Below, one piece after another: positions 18,332-27,030 of a stretch of DNA of 64,000 nt. How positions within the stretch are numbered: position 1 is the stretch's first letter; the number at the start of each line of letters is the position of its first letter. Under the pieces are notes generated by a model. That model was not told the origin of the DNA and did no database searches. It was given only the letters and a program-made list of their open reading frames with translations. Source of the DNA: an uncultured Candidatus Saccharibacteria bacterium (GTDB taxonomy: Bacteria; Patescibacteriota; Doudnabacteria; UBA920); the NCBI GenBank assembly GCA_964436545.1, contig CAYTCJ010000001.1:14392-78391 (forward strand), written 5' to 3'. The translations under genes and the position numbers were made by a program.

Positions 18332-19198
18332 TCATAATTTGTATTCTCCTAACAGACCTTGGGGTTTATGCATCATTAAAATTATTAACAAGAGTCCGTA
18401 AAGACCAAAACGGGCTTGGGCCGCAATGTCATTGGGTAAGCCTAAAAAGCGAAGTAGTTCGGGTAACAGAATTAAGAATAAGGCGCCAAACACAGAACCT
18501 TTTAAATTCGCCAGACCGCCTAAAATAATCATAGATAAAATTAAAACCGATTCGTGAATGGTAAAAGTGGACGGGTCAATAAAAGTTATATAGGTGGCAA
18601 ACAAGGCACCGGCCATACCGGCCATACCCGCGCTAAAAGTAAAGATGGCTAATTTATAGTGGCTGGGATTGTAGCCAAATATTGCAATGGTTTGTTCATC
18701 TTCGCGAATGGCTTTAAGCACTCGGCCAAAAGCCGATTGGGTAATAAATTTACAGAGCAGAAAAATTAAGAGTAAACAGCCAACAGTGAGTAATAAAAAG
18801 TTAAAGTTATCAAAAAAAGCTAAGCCAAATAACTCAGGGCGGGGGATGCCCGGAATGCCTAACGGACCGCGAGTTAAACTTTGCCAATTGAGCATAACGG
18901 AAAACACAATGGCGTTAAAACCTAAAGTGGCTAAAGCGTAATAATCATCTTTAAATTTGCTAAACACCAGCCCAACAAATACAGATAACAACATTGCCAA
19001 ACCGAGACTCATTAATACAGAAAAAAAGAAATTAAGACGATATTCAGTTGTGAGTATGGCAGTGGTATATGCTCCAATGCCAAAAAATCCCGCATGAGCT
19101 AAAGAGAGTAGTCCGGTGTAGCCCACAATTAAATTCAGCGATAGGGCTAGGACCGCATAAATGGCGAAGATAATGGCGAGATGAGTGAGGTATTCCAT
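18332..19198 (-). CDS. livM: Branched-chain amino acid ABC transporter permease (LivM-like)
   Basis: polytopic permease, operon context. Confidence 0.75.
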   Translation of the reverse strand: MEYLTHLAIIFAIYAVLALSLNLIVGYTGLLSLAHAGFFGIGAYTTAILTTEYRLNFFFSVLMSLGLAMLLSVFVGLVFSKFKDDYYALATLGFNAIVFSVMLNWQSLTRGPLGIPGIPRPELFGLAFFDNFNFLLLTVGCLLLIFLLCKFITQSAFGRVLKAIREDEQTIAIFGYNPSHYKLAIFTFSAGMAGMAGALFATYITFIDPSTFTIHESVLILSMIILGGLANLKGSVFGALFLILLPELLRFLGLPNDIAAQARFGLYGLLLIILMMHKPQGLLGEYKL

Positions 19199-19288
19199 AT
19201 ATTAAGTGTACAAAAATGACAAAAACGACGGAAATGACAAAAATATAGTGTCCAAATTTTTGCTCATTTTAGATTTTTATTATTTTTG

Positions 19289-20155
19289 TCATTTTTTTAT
19301 TATTCCTTGCGGTCTGAAGAGTAGAAAAATAATTAGTAAACCAAAAGCAATCGCGTCTTTCCATTCGCCGGAAATTTTCCAAATGCCAAAATTTTCCACA
19401 AAGCCCAGTAAAAACCCACCTAAAAATCCGCCGGTTATTGTGCCTAGTCCGCCAATAATGGCAGCAATTATGCCTTTGAGCAGTAAGTTTAAACCCATTA
19501 TGGGCTCTATACCGGTGTCGTGGCCAATAAAAATTCCGACCATTCCGCTAATGCCGGCTCCGAGCATAAATACTCTAGCAATAATTTGGTTGGTATTGAT
19601 GCCGACAATCTTGGCAACTTCTTCGTCATCACTTAAAGCATTAACAGCTTGACCAAAACGAGTAAAGCGAAATAGGCAAATGAAACCTACAAACACTAAA
19701 ACAGTGGTAACAAACAGCAGGAGTTGCAGGTCGGTAAAGGTGCCATTGAGCCAGGTGAAAATTTTGGGTGGATTGGCCGGAGGGTTTAAGGTTTTAAATT
19801 GACTGGTAAACAAAATGGCAATTACAGCTTGGATGAGGCTGAATAAACCAATGGAAGCCACTAAGACAATTAGGGGTTTGCTCTTTTTTTGTCTTAAGCG
19901 CAAGAAAATAAGTTTTTCAAAAATTAGGGCAAAAATGCCGGCGCTAATGATACCTAAAATAATTGCCAAGATGGAATTTAACCCGAGCTGAATTTTTAAA
20001 TAAAACGTGGTATAAGCGCCAATGACGGCAAAAGCTCCGTGGGCAAAATTAAAAAATTTGGTGGCACCAAAAATCAAATTAAAACTCATGGCTAAGAGGG
20101 CATAAAAACTGCCGGCAATTAGGGAGTTGATTATGAGTTGGGGCAGAATATCCAT
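19289..20155 (-). CDS. livH: Branched-chain amino acid ABC transporter permease (LivH-like); start placed at MDIL by alignment logic
   Basis: NFAHGAF motif aligned to LivH N-terminus; C-terminal codons lie inside a MITE-like repeat. Confidence 0.75.
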   Translation of the reverse strand: MDILPQLIINSLIAGSFYALLAMSFNLIFGATKFFNFAHGAFAVIGAYTTFYLKIQLGLNSILAIILGIISAGIFALIFEKLIFLRLRQKKSKPLIVLVASIGLFSLIQAVIAILFTSQFKTLNPPANPPKIFTWLNGTFTDLQLLLFVTTVLVFVGFICLFRFTRFGQAVNALSDDEEVAKIVGINTNQIIARVFMLGAGISGMVGIFIGHDTGIEPIMGLNLLLKGIIAAIIGGLGTITGGFLGGFLLGFVENFGIWKISGEWKDAIAFGLLIIFLLFRPQGIIKK

Positions 20156-20254
20156 AGTATTACACTGATTACAAATCCGCCAGACGGCGGACACAAATAT
20201 TACTGATAGTTATTGTAAATATTATATCAAATTTTTATATTCAAATAAAAAACA

Positions 20255-20281
20255 AAACCTCCCGAAATAATCGGGAGGTTT
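20255..20281 (-). terminator. intrinsic terminator after livJ (acctcccg-aaataat-cgggaggt followed by U-run on minus strand)
   Basis: hairpin plus T-rich tract; may act as an intra-operon attenuator. Confidence 0.5.
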
Positions 20282-20290
20282 TAGGTAAGG

Positions 20291-21460
20291 TTATTCAATA
20301 ATCGGAACTAATTTACCGTCTTTAATAACGGATGCTGAGTATGACGACTCATTATCACCATCGGGCTTGATGGAAACTTTACCTAAGGCTCCCGGCCAAT
20401 TTTTAATTGTTCGGGACCATTTGGCTAAGGCTTCGCCATTATAGCCCACGGTTTTGACGCCTTCGGCAAAGAGAGATACTAAATCATAATTGGCTGCAGA
20501 AAAACCTACAAAACTGATATCGGTATTGAATCTTTTTTTATAATTTTCAACTAAGGTTTTTAATTTCGGATTAGTTTCATCGGTTTTAAATTCTACCCCT
20601 AGCGCTCCTTCCATTTGAGCTTTGTTGTCAGTTAAGAATTTAATATCTGTGCTGACTATTTCATTTAACATAAGTTGAGGCTTCCAGTTTTGATCTGTCA
20701 TTTGCTTTAAAATTTTAGCAAAGGAAGTTGAACCATTGGTATTTAAAAATAGGGCATCCGGTTTGGTATTTTTTAATTTGGTGATTTGTGTGCTAAAGTT
20801 GGCTGTTCCGGGTGCAAATTCTTCGCTTTCTACCACTCCGCCTAATTTTTCAAAACTGTCTTTAAAAGCTTTTAATATGCCAGTGGCATATTCGGTTTGT
20901 TCGGTTAATACTGCCACTTTTTTATAACCTTTTTTATTAGCCATTTCGGCATCGATTTGGCCTTGGGCATTATCGTTGGGAGCGAGTCTGAAAAAATATG
21001 GGCTAATACCGGCCAGTTTGGGGTTGGTGGCTGAACCAGAGGCTAACACAACTTTACCAGCAGTCACAATTGGCTCAGCAGCTAGGGATTCACCACTGCA
21101 CAGACCGCCAATAATAAATTGGACTTTATCAACATTTACTAATTTTTGTGCTGCTGCACTGGCATCTTTGCCATTACATTTTCCATCTTCTAAAATTAAT
21201 TGAACTGTTTTGCCACTAATGCCACCTTGTTGATTTAATTCATCAACTGCCAGCTGTAAAACATTTTTAAAGACTTCGCCAATATTGGCTGTATCACCGG
21301 TTAAGCCTTGAATGGCTCCCAGTTTTATAACTTCGGGTAGTTCTGTTTTTACTTCGGGTTTCTCGGCTGTTGGGTTTTTGCTTTGTCTTTGCGACAAAAT
21401 ACCCCAAACCACTAACGCTAGAATAATAACTCCAATAATCCATTTGGTTGTGTTTGACAT
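20291..21460 (-). CDS. livJ: Branched-chain amino acid ABC transporter substrate-binding protein with N-terminal membrane anchor
   Basis: periplasmic binding protein type I pattern, operon context. Confidence 0.75.
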   Translation of the reverse strand: MSNTTKWIIGVIILALVVWGILSQRQSKNPTAEKPEVKTELPEVIKLGAIQGLTGDTANIGEVFKNVLQLAVDELNQQGGISGKTVQLILEDGKCNGKDASAAAQKLVNVDKVQFIIGGLCSGESLAAEPIVTAGKVVLASGSATNPKLAGISPYFFRLAPNDNAQGQIDAEMANKKGYKKVAVLTEQTEYATGILKAFKDSFEKLGGVVESEEFAPGTANFSTQITKLKNTKPDALFLNTNGSTSFAKILKQMTDQNWKPQLMLNEIVSTDIKFLTDNKAQMEGALGVEFKTDETNPKLKTLVENYKKRFNTDISFVGFSAANYDLVSLFAEGVKTVGYNGEALAKWSRTIKNWPGALGKVSIKPDGDNESSYSASVIKDGKLVPIIE

Positions 21461-21610
21461 AGGTTATTCTTTATTATTTATTAATAGATTTATTATAATG
21501 GAAAATTGTTTTTTATCAAGGTTAAATGTGTGGATGGCTTTGCACAAAATAAAAAAGCTCAATTGATGAGCCAAAGACTAATCTTGTTAAAATTTTATTT
21601 AGCTTTGTTA

Positions 21611-22357
21611 CTATTCAAATAACAACAAAGCCCACATAGCTACAATTCCAACAATAAACCAGAGTAAATGGATAAGCGCCACGGTTTTATTTTCTTCCTT
21701 TTGCAGTTGGGGGATTAGGTCGCTCATGGCAATGTAAATAAAACTGGCAGCCGAGAGGGCGAGGAGGGGAGTTAAGGAGAGGGTGGAATTTTTAAAAATC
21801 CATAAAACCAAAATTGAGCCTAGCACCGCAGTTAAGGCGGAAATAAAATTATAAAAGAGAGCTTTGGTTTTAGAAAAACCGCCGTGCACTAAAATGGCAA
21901 AGTTGCCCAGCTCTTGGGGAATTTCGTGAAAGATTACCGCTAACGTGGTGGCTATGCCCAAAGTCGGGCTAGTTAAATAGGCAGCAGCAATCACCATACC
22001 GTCTATAAAATTATGCATGCCATCGCTAATGAGGCTTAGGTAAGTGTAAGCGTGCACAGTTTCGTTATGCTCGCTGTGCGGATGGTGCCAAAAAATAAAT
22101 TTTTCCAAAATGAAAAAAATAATTATTCCCGACAATAACCACACACCGGTAAAGTTTGTCCAGCCGGTTTCGGTAATTTCCGGCAAAATATGAATAAAGA
22201 CATCGCCAAGGAGGGCGCCGGCGGAAAAACTCACCAAAGGTAAAAGCCAGTGCTTTAATTTTTCATTACCAATAATTAAGGTAATAATCCCAACCAATGA
22301 GATTAAACTTACGGCAAAAACGCTGAGTAGAGAATAAGTCCAAATGTGGGTAGGCAT
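21611..22357 (-). CDS. zupT: ZIP family zinc/metal transporter
   Basis: HNFIDGMVIAAAY and FHEIPQELGNFAIL motifs. Confidence 0.8.
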   Translation of the reverse strand: MPTHIWTYSLLSVFAVSLISLVGIITLIIGNEKLKHWLLPLVSFSAGALLGDVFIHILPEITETGWTNFTGVWLLSGIIIFFILEKFIFWHHPHSEHNETVHAYTYLSLISDGMHNFIDGMVIAAAYLTSPTLGIATTLAVIFHEIPQELGNFAILVHGGFSKTKALFYNFISALTAVLGSILVLWIFKNSTLSLTPLLALSAASFIYIAMSDLIPQLQKEENKTVALIHLLWFIVGIVAMWALLLFE

Positions 22358-22359
22358 AG

Positions 22360-23430
22360 TTAGTTAACTTGTTTGATAGCCAAAAAAGTAAGTAAGCTTA
22401 TTATAGCTCCAAACAACAAAGCAGACAATAAGGTGTTAGACCCAGTTTCGGGTGCGGTAAAGGTATTGGTGCCCGCAACACTACCCGGATTAAAGATGTT
22501 TTGTTCAGCGCGCTCCACAACTAAATTTACAGCTCCACTGCCCCCGCTGAATTGTAAGTAGTAAGTGCCATTATTTAATTCCGCAAGGACTTTTTTGACT
22601 GCGCTGGGACAGGTGGCGGAAGAGCCGGACATTAAAGAAATTTCTCCACCCGAGGAATTGGTAATTTTTACCGGCAGGTTTTGGTTAAGTAAAAAAATGT
22701 AATCGCCGGATGTGGGGGGTGTAAAAGCAACATAGTTTTGGTTGTGGGGTAGAGAGATATTAAATCTAGTATGCGAACGGGAAACATCGGGCGCATTTTG
22801 GGTTTGCTGGGTAGCGGTAACCGCTCTATCCGGTCCGTTTTGCACGTGTAAGCAGGCATGTTCTTCTAATTCATCAATTAAATTTTGATTGGTCACAGTC
22901 CCGTTGGGGGTTGGAGTTGGGTTAGGGTTTGTATTGCCAGTTGGGGGATTGGGGTTTGCATGAGAACGAGCGGGTATTGTAAGGGTGGTGGCGCTGGACA
23001 CCGGATTGGCGTTTTGGGCCGTGGCTGAGGCGGTATCTTGGCTTTGTCCGCTTTGAATGGTTTTAGCTTTATACATAATTACAGTCGGCGATGCCGTAAT
23101 GCTGGTAAATCTTAAACCCCCACTGGTTAGACCGGTTGGGGAGCTTTGACCATTTACAGTTAAACTGCCGGGAAGATATTCTAATAAGTGAGAGGGGAAG
23201 GTGTCGCTAACTACGGCATCCACAATATTGATGCCATTGGCGCTTTTAACCTCTAATTTAAATTCCACTTCTTCGCCTAAATGAACTTCCGCAGTGCTGG
23301 CAAAATCACCGGCGTCACTTAAGTTTCGCACGGTTTTTTGCAGGCTTAATTGGCCTAAGTTGGCTCCGGCCAAAGCCAGGTGAGGGCTTATAAACGGTAA
23401 GATTAAGAATAAGAATAAAAGTTTTTTCAT
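22360..23430 (-). CDS. secreted Thr/Pro/Asn-rich surface protein with C-terminal APETG-TM-KQVN anchor-like tail
   Basis: signal peptide, low-complexity NPNPTPTP linker, C-terminal sortase-like sorting signal. Confidence 0.5.
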   Translation of the reverse strand: MKKLLFLFLILPFISPHLALAGANLGQLSLQKTVRNLSDAGDFASTAEVHLGEEVEFKLEVKSANGINIVDAVVSDTFPSHLLEYLPGSLTVNGQSSPTGLTSGGLRFTSITASPTVIMYKAKTIQSGQSQDTASATAQNANPVSSATTLTIPARSHANPNPPTGNTNPNPTPTPNGTVTNQNLIDELEEHACLHVQNGPDRAVTATQQTQNAPDVSRSHTRFNISLPHNQNYVAFTPPTSGDYIFLLNQNLPVKITNSSGGEISLMSGSSATCPSAVKKVLAELNNGTYYLQFSGGSGAVNLVVERAEQNIFNPGSVAGTNTFTAPETGSNTLLSALLFGAIISLLTFLAIKQVN

Positions 23431-23481
23431 AGGTTTGGTTAGCTGGCGTGAGATTAATAATTATTTATGATTAAATAATAT

Positions 23482-23502
23482 AAATGCAAATCATTTGCAT
23501 TT
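23482..23502. promoter_or_regulatory. perfect 21-nt palindrome AAATGCAAATCATTTGCATTT; candidate Fur-family (Zur-like) operator in the promoter of the surface-protein/ZIP operon
   Basis: 7-1-7 inverted repeat architecture; second copy at 24705-24723. Confidence 0.5.
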
Positions 23503-23523
23503 TATAACAACTGTGTCGCTATG

Positions 23524-24111
23524 TCAATGGGACGACAGTTTTGTAAAAGTTAAGCACCTAATCCCATTTAGCCAACTCAAGGTGGTTTGGTGTTGGAAAG
23601 TAAAGTGGGCGACAGTGCCGAGGTTAATAATTTCTCGGGGTTGGTAGTATTGTTTAAAAAAATATTTTTCCGGGCACTTGTCTTGGTTTAAAAACCATTG
23701 CGACAGTTTGGTTAGAGGCATTAAGTCCACAATTAGCAGTTGGCCCAAGGGTTTTAAGACTCGGTAAGCTTCGGTTAAAATTAATTCCGGATTGGGGTAG
23801 TGGTGGCCGGAAAAGACGCAATCAAAAGTGTGCTCGGCAAAAGGTAAGTGTTCGGCATTGGCTACTGTAAACTGAGCCCAAGGATTTTGGTGTTTGGCTC
23901 GGTTAATGGCAGTGGGGGAAAGGTCTATGCCATAGCCTGTTAGGCCGGGGCAAAATTTCTTTAAGATTCTTAATTCATTGCCATTTCCGCAAGAAATATC
24001 TAAAAATTCAGGATTTGGAGGCAAGGTAAAAAGCTTAAAAAATTTTTTTTCTTCGGAAAAGTTTAACCAATTAGAAAGTTTTTTAAGCATATTTGTTAAA
24101 AGTTGTGGCAA
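23524..24111 (-). CDS. class I SAM-dependent methyltransferase
   Basis: motif I LDISCGNG, motif post-I/II pattern. Confidence 0.65.
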   Translation of the reverse strand: MPQLLTNMLKKLSNWLNFSEEKKFFKLFTLPPNPEFLDISCGNGNELRILKKFCPGLTGYGIDLSPTAINRAKHQNPWAQFTVANAEHLPFAEHTFDCVFSGHHYPNPELILTEAYRVLKPLGQLLIVDLMPLTKLSQWFLNQDKCPEKYFFKQYYQPREIINLGTVAHFTFQHQTTLSWLNGIRCLTFTKLSSH

Positions 24112-24153
24112 GGGGAGAGGTGGCTAGTTCCTCCCGCTTGCCTAAAAAAGGTT

Positions 24154-24690
24154 TTAGTGGTCGTGCCCGCCCCCAAAGGGGAGGGCTCGGGTTGCGCCGT
24201 GGGTGAGAAGCTCGGCCAGAAAAGCGGAGATCCCGTGGCCGAAAGCCACTTTTTTAAGCGGGCCCCAAATCCGCCTTTCAAAAAAACCTTTCTTTTGAAT
24301 GATTGCTACTTTATATGCTCGGCTGTCCGAGCAAATATAATAGCCTATCCTGTCCACCTTTTGTCCTGCCCAAGCCCCAGGCAGGACACAAAACACCGCG
24401 CTTTGGGTCTGCTGGTTCTTCCAGTCAGACCAAGATCCAGCGCCCCACACTACCTTCTGGTCGTGCCAGAGAGGCGGGGGGTAGTTTCTCCGTATTTGGT
24501 CATATGTTCCGAGCAGGGGGCCCGGGTACACGACCACGGCCTGAAACCCCGTGGGAAGGTTTTTTAGGAGGTCTTCCAATCCTCCTTCGTGTTGTGGCAC
24601 GCCACGGCGCGAAAAGCCGTGGTCGTGCCCATCTTGCCCCAGGGCGCACCATGGGGCGAACAAAAGCGCCAAAAACAATAGTAACAGCAT
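24154..24690 (-). CDS. GC-rich gene for a secreted protein with His motifs (HDH near N-terminus, GGGHDH at C-terminus); possibly metal-binding, possibly foreign
   Basis: signal peptide; starts right after the second palindromic box; GC far above local average; region also contains palindromic elements, so the coding call is tentative. Confidence 0.35.
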   Translation of the reverse strand: MLLLLFLALLFAPWCALGQDGHDHGFSRRGVPQHEGGLEDLLKNLPTGFQAVVVYPGPLLGTYDQIRRNYPPPLWHDQKVVWGAGSWSDWKNQQTQSAVFCVLPGAWAGQKVDRIGYYICSDSRAYKVAIIQKKGFFERRIWGPLKKVAFGHGISAFLAELLTHGATRALPFGGGHDH

Positions 24691-24704
24691 CGCTTACATA
24701 TCTT

Positions 24705-24723
24705 AATGCAAATCATTTGCATT
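24705..24723. promoter_or_regulatory. second copy of palindrome AATGCAAATCATTTGCATT in the divergent promoter between the His-motif gene and the Fur-family regulator
   Basis: perfect 19-nt inverted repeat. Confidence 0.5.
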
Positions 24724-24839
24724 TGTCAATATCCAAAAATTACAGATGGCATTAATACTCAGATGACGTTTGTAAACCTATTTTTTAGCCAGCCATCAAA
24801 TTATTTGGCTAATCGCAAGTTTTATTCTATAATTTCCAT

Positions 24840-25265
24840 ATGCAAACAGTGTGCAATATCCACAAGGAAAAAATTTCTAAGTCCCTAAAAGCGGGTAAAT
24901 TAAAAGTAACCCCCATAAGGGTTCGGTTGTTAGATATTTTAGAGCATGCCCACAAGCCCCTAAGGGTTAAGGACATTTGTCAAAAAATAAAATCCGACAT
25001 TGTTACGGTTTATCGGAATTTGGAAAATTTGGTGGCGTTGGGTTTGGTGAAAAGAATTTTTTTAGATCAAAAAGAAGCCTATTTTGAATTAGCCAATCAA
25101 GCTCACCACCACCACGCAATTTGTCAGCTGTGTGGTTTGGTTGTAGATGTAAAAATTGCTCACCATAACCAATTGGAAAAAACCGCTTTAAAAACTTCCG
25201 GGTTTGCCAATATTAGTAGTCATAGTTTGGAATTTTTTGGAATTTGTAAAAAGTGTCAAAAGTAA
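24840..25265 (+). CDS. Fur family transcriptional regulator (Zur/Fur-like)
   Basis: winged-helix N-terminus, HHHH and two CxxC pairs in the C-terminal half. Confidence 0.8.
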   Translation: MQTVCNIHKEKISKSLKAGKLKVTPIRVRLLDILEHAHKPLRVKDICQKIKSDIVTVYRNLENLVALGLVKRIFLDQKEAYFELANQAHHHHAICQLCGLVVDVKIAHHNQLEKTALKTSGFANISSHSLEFFGICKKCQK

Positions 25266-25269
25266 AAAT

Positions 25270-25797
25270 ATGATTTTAACCGGTAAACAAGTGCTCTTAA
25301 GACCTGTAAAGCTTAGCGATGCCAAGCGGTTTGTAAAATGGTTTAATGACCCTCAGGTGAATAAATTTATGTTTGTTAGAGGTATTACTTTAGCAGAGGA
25401 AAAGAAGTATATCTTAAATAGAATTCAAGGTAAGGTGAAAGATGTTTTGCATTTTTGTATAGACACCCAAACCGGAGTGCATATTGGCGCAGTGTCTTTA
25501 GAAAGTATTCAAAAACGCAATAAAAATGCCAGCTTTGGGATTATTATTGGCGATAAAAATTATTGGAGTAAGGGTTATGGGGAAGAAGCCTCTAGGTTGA
25601 TTTTGGATTATGGATTTAAAAAATTAAAACTGCATCGTGTTGAGCTGGATGTGTACAGTTACAATCACCGAGCGATGGGGCTATATAAAAAATTGGGTTT
25701 TAAAAAAGAAGCGGTGAGACGAGAGCACAATTTTTATAATGGGAAATTTTACGATACAATTATTATGGGTTTGTTAGACAGAGAGTGGAAAAATTAA
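25270..25797 (+). CDS. GNAT family N-acetyltransferase (RimJ/RimL-like)
   Basis: GNAT A/B motif region HRVELDVYSYNHRAMGLYKKLGF. Confidence 0.75.
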   Translation: MILTGKQVLLRPVKLSDAKRFVKWFNDPQVNKFMFVRGITLAEEKKYILNRIQGKVKDVLHFCIDTQTGVHIGAVSLESIQKRNKNASFGIIIGDKNYWSKGYGEEASRLILDYGFKKLKLHRVELDVYSYNHRAMGLYKKLGFKKEAVRREHNFYNGKFYDTIIMGLLDREWKN

Positions 25798-25804
25798 AAG
25801 AAAG

Positions 25805-26239
25805 GTGGTGAAATTTATGGGTTTTGATGTTTCGGTAAATCTTTGGGCAGTGTTAGTGTCTGCGGGAGCGAGCATGGTTATTGGGAGCGTGTGGTATGGG
25901 CCTTTGTTTGGCAAAAAATTTATTGCGCTGATGGGGATGGATAAGCTAACGCCCGCAGAAATGGTGCAAATGCAAAAAGGCATGTGGAAGACTTATGTGA
26001 TGCAAGTTGTCTCCAGTTTACTTTGTTTTTATGTTTTAGCTTGGTTTATTGAAGTCTTGGAAGCGTCAACGTTAATGGGTGGTTTAGAGGTGGCTTTTCT
26101 GATGTGGCTGGGGTTTGTTGTTCCAGTAAAATTCGGCGATGCCATTTGGGGTGGTAAAATGGGTTTATTTTGGCTGGGAATTGGTAATATGCTCTTTACA
26201 CTCTTGGCTTCAGGGGCAATTATCGGTGTGTGGCATTAA
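25805..26239 (+). CDS. DUF1761-like membrane protein
   Basis: 4 TM segments, WYGPLFGKKF motif. Confidence 0.5.
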   Translation: MVKFMGFDVSVNLWAVLVSAGASMVIGSVWYGPLFGKKFIALMGMDKLTPAEMVQMQKGMWKTYVMQVVSSLLCFYVLAWFIEVLEASTLMGGLEVAFLMWLGFVVPVKFGDAIWGGKMGLFWLGIGNMLFTLLASGAIIGVWH

Positions 26240-26287
26240 ATTAGTATAGTAGGACTTACGCTTTTGAGCTAAGTTCAAGGTATTTTT

Positions 26288-26332
26288 TCAAAGATGATCT
26301 TTGTTAATTAAAAAGACAAAGATCATCTTTGA
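26288..26332 (+). terminator. perfect 17-bp inverted repeat (tcaaagatgatctttgt / acaaagatcatctttga) with 11-nt loop, followed by T-rich tract
   Basis: seen directly; could also be a protein-binding site. Confidence 0.5.
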
Positions 26333-26375
26333 TATTTTGCTTGGCTCTTAGGTCAATTTTTGATATGATTAGCTT

Positions 26376-26819
26376 ATGAATGCTCAACCAAATTTTACCA
26401 CTCAACCAGAGCAAACTCGGGTAGAAAAACCTTGGGGTTTTGAAATTTTATTTACCCCGGCTACTTTTCCGCATACGGGTAAAATATTATTTGTTCAGGC
26501 GGGGAAAAAACCTTCTTTTCAATATCATGACGAAAAAGAAGAAGTGATTTGTTTGTATAGTGGTAAAGCTTTAATTTGGCTGGAAAATAGCCAAGGCGAA
26601 ATAGAAAAAATTCCCATGGAGCTTCAGAAAGGTTATTTGGTGCAAAAATTTCAAAAGCACAGAGTAGAAGCCATTGAGGATAGTTTTTTTCTGGAAAGTT
26701 CTTCTCCGGAAACGGGCATTACCGTGCGTTTGGAAGACGATTACAAACGGCCGGACGAAACCGAAGCCATGAGAAACTCCAAAAATCGCGGTTGGGTGGG
26801 CGGAAACCATAATCTATAA
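26376..26819 (+). CDS. cupin domain protein (phosphomannose-isomerase-like fold)
   Basis: EKPWGFE and QYHDEKEE cupin motifs. Confidence 0.5.
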   Translation: MNAQPNFTTQPEQTRVEKPWGFEILFTPATFPHTGKILFVQAGKKPSFQYHDEKEEVICLYSGKALIWLENSQGEIEKIPMELQKGYLVQKFQKHRVEAIEDSFFLESSSPETGITVRLEDDYKRPDETEAMRNSKNRGWVGGNHNL

Positions 26820-26842
26820 TTAATAAAAGAAAAACCAAATTT

Positions 26843-27019
26843 ATGTCCAACGAAAACCCCCATTATGTATGTGCCGGCACTTGCGGAGGCGTGTCCGACC
26901 ATGCCCAAAATTGTGAAGCGGAGAGTTGTAATTTTTTTAACGAACCCCTGCATGAATGTTATTGCGAAGATGGACTGCACAGAGAATCAATTCCGGACGC
27001 TGAGATGGTCAATGCTTAA
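26843..27019 (+). CDS. Cys-rich small protein (58 aa, 7 Cys, 4 His), not in the supplied ORF track
   Basis: ATG..TAA ORF read by hand: MSNENPHYVCAGTCGGVSDHAQNCEAESCNFFNEPLHECYCEDGLHRESIPDAEMVNA. Confidence 0.3.
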   Translation: MSNENPHYVCAGTCGGVSDHAQNCEAESCNFFNEPLHECYCEDGLHRESIPDAEMVNA

Positions 27020-27030
27020 AGCGCATTTAA

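Noticed and set aside
19206-19652. Plus-strand 148-aa ORF
   Set aside because: It lies antisense to livH and begins inside the family-B repeat. Lys/Asn-rich start. Spurious.
24103-24755. Plus-strand ORFs 24103-24567 and 24303-24755
   Set aside because: Overlapping alternative frames in GC-rich DNA. The minus-strand ORF with a signal peptide and upstream operator box is preferred.
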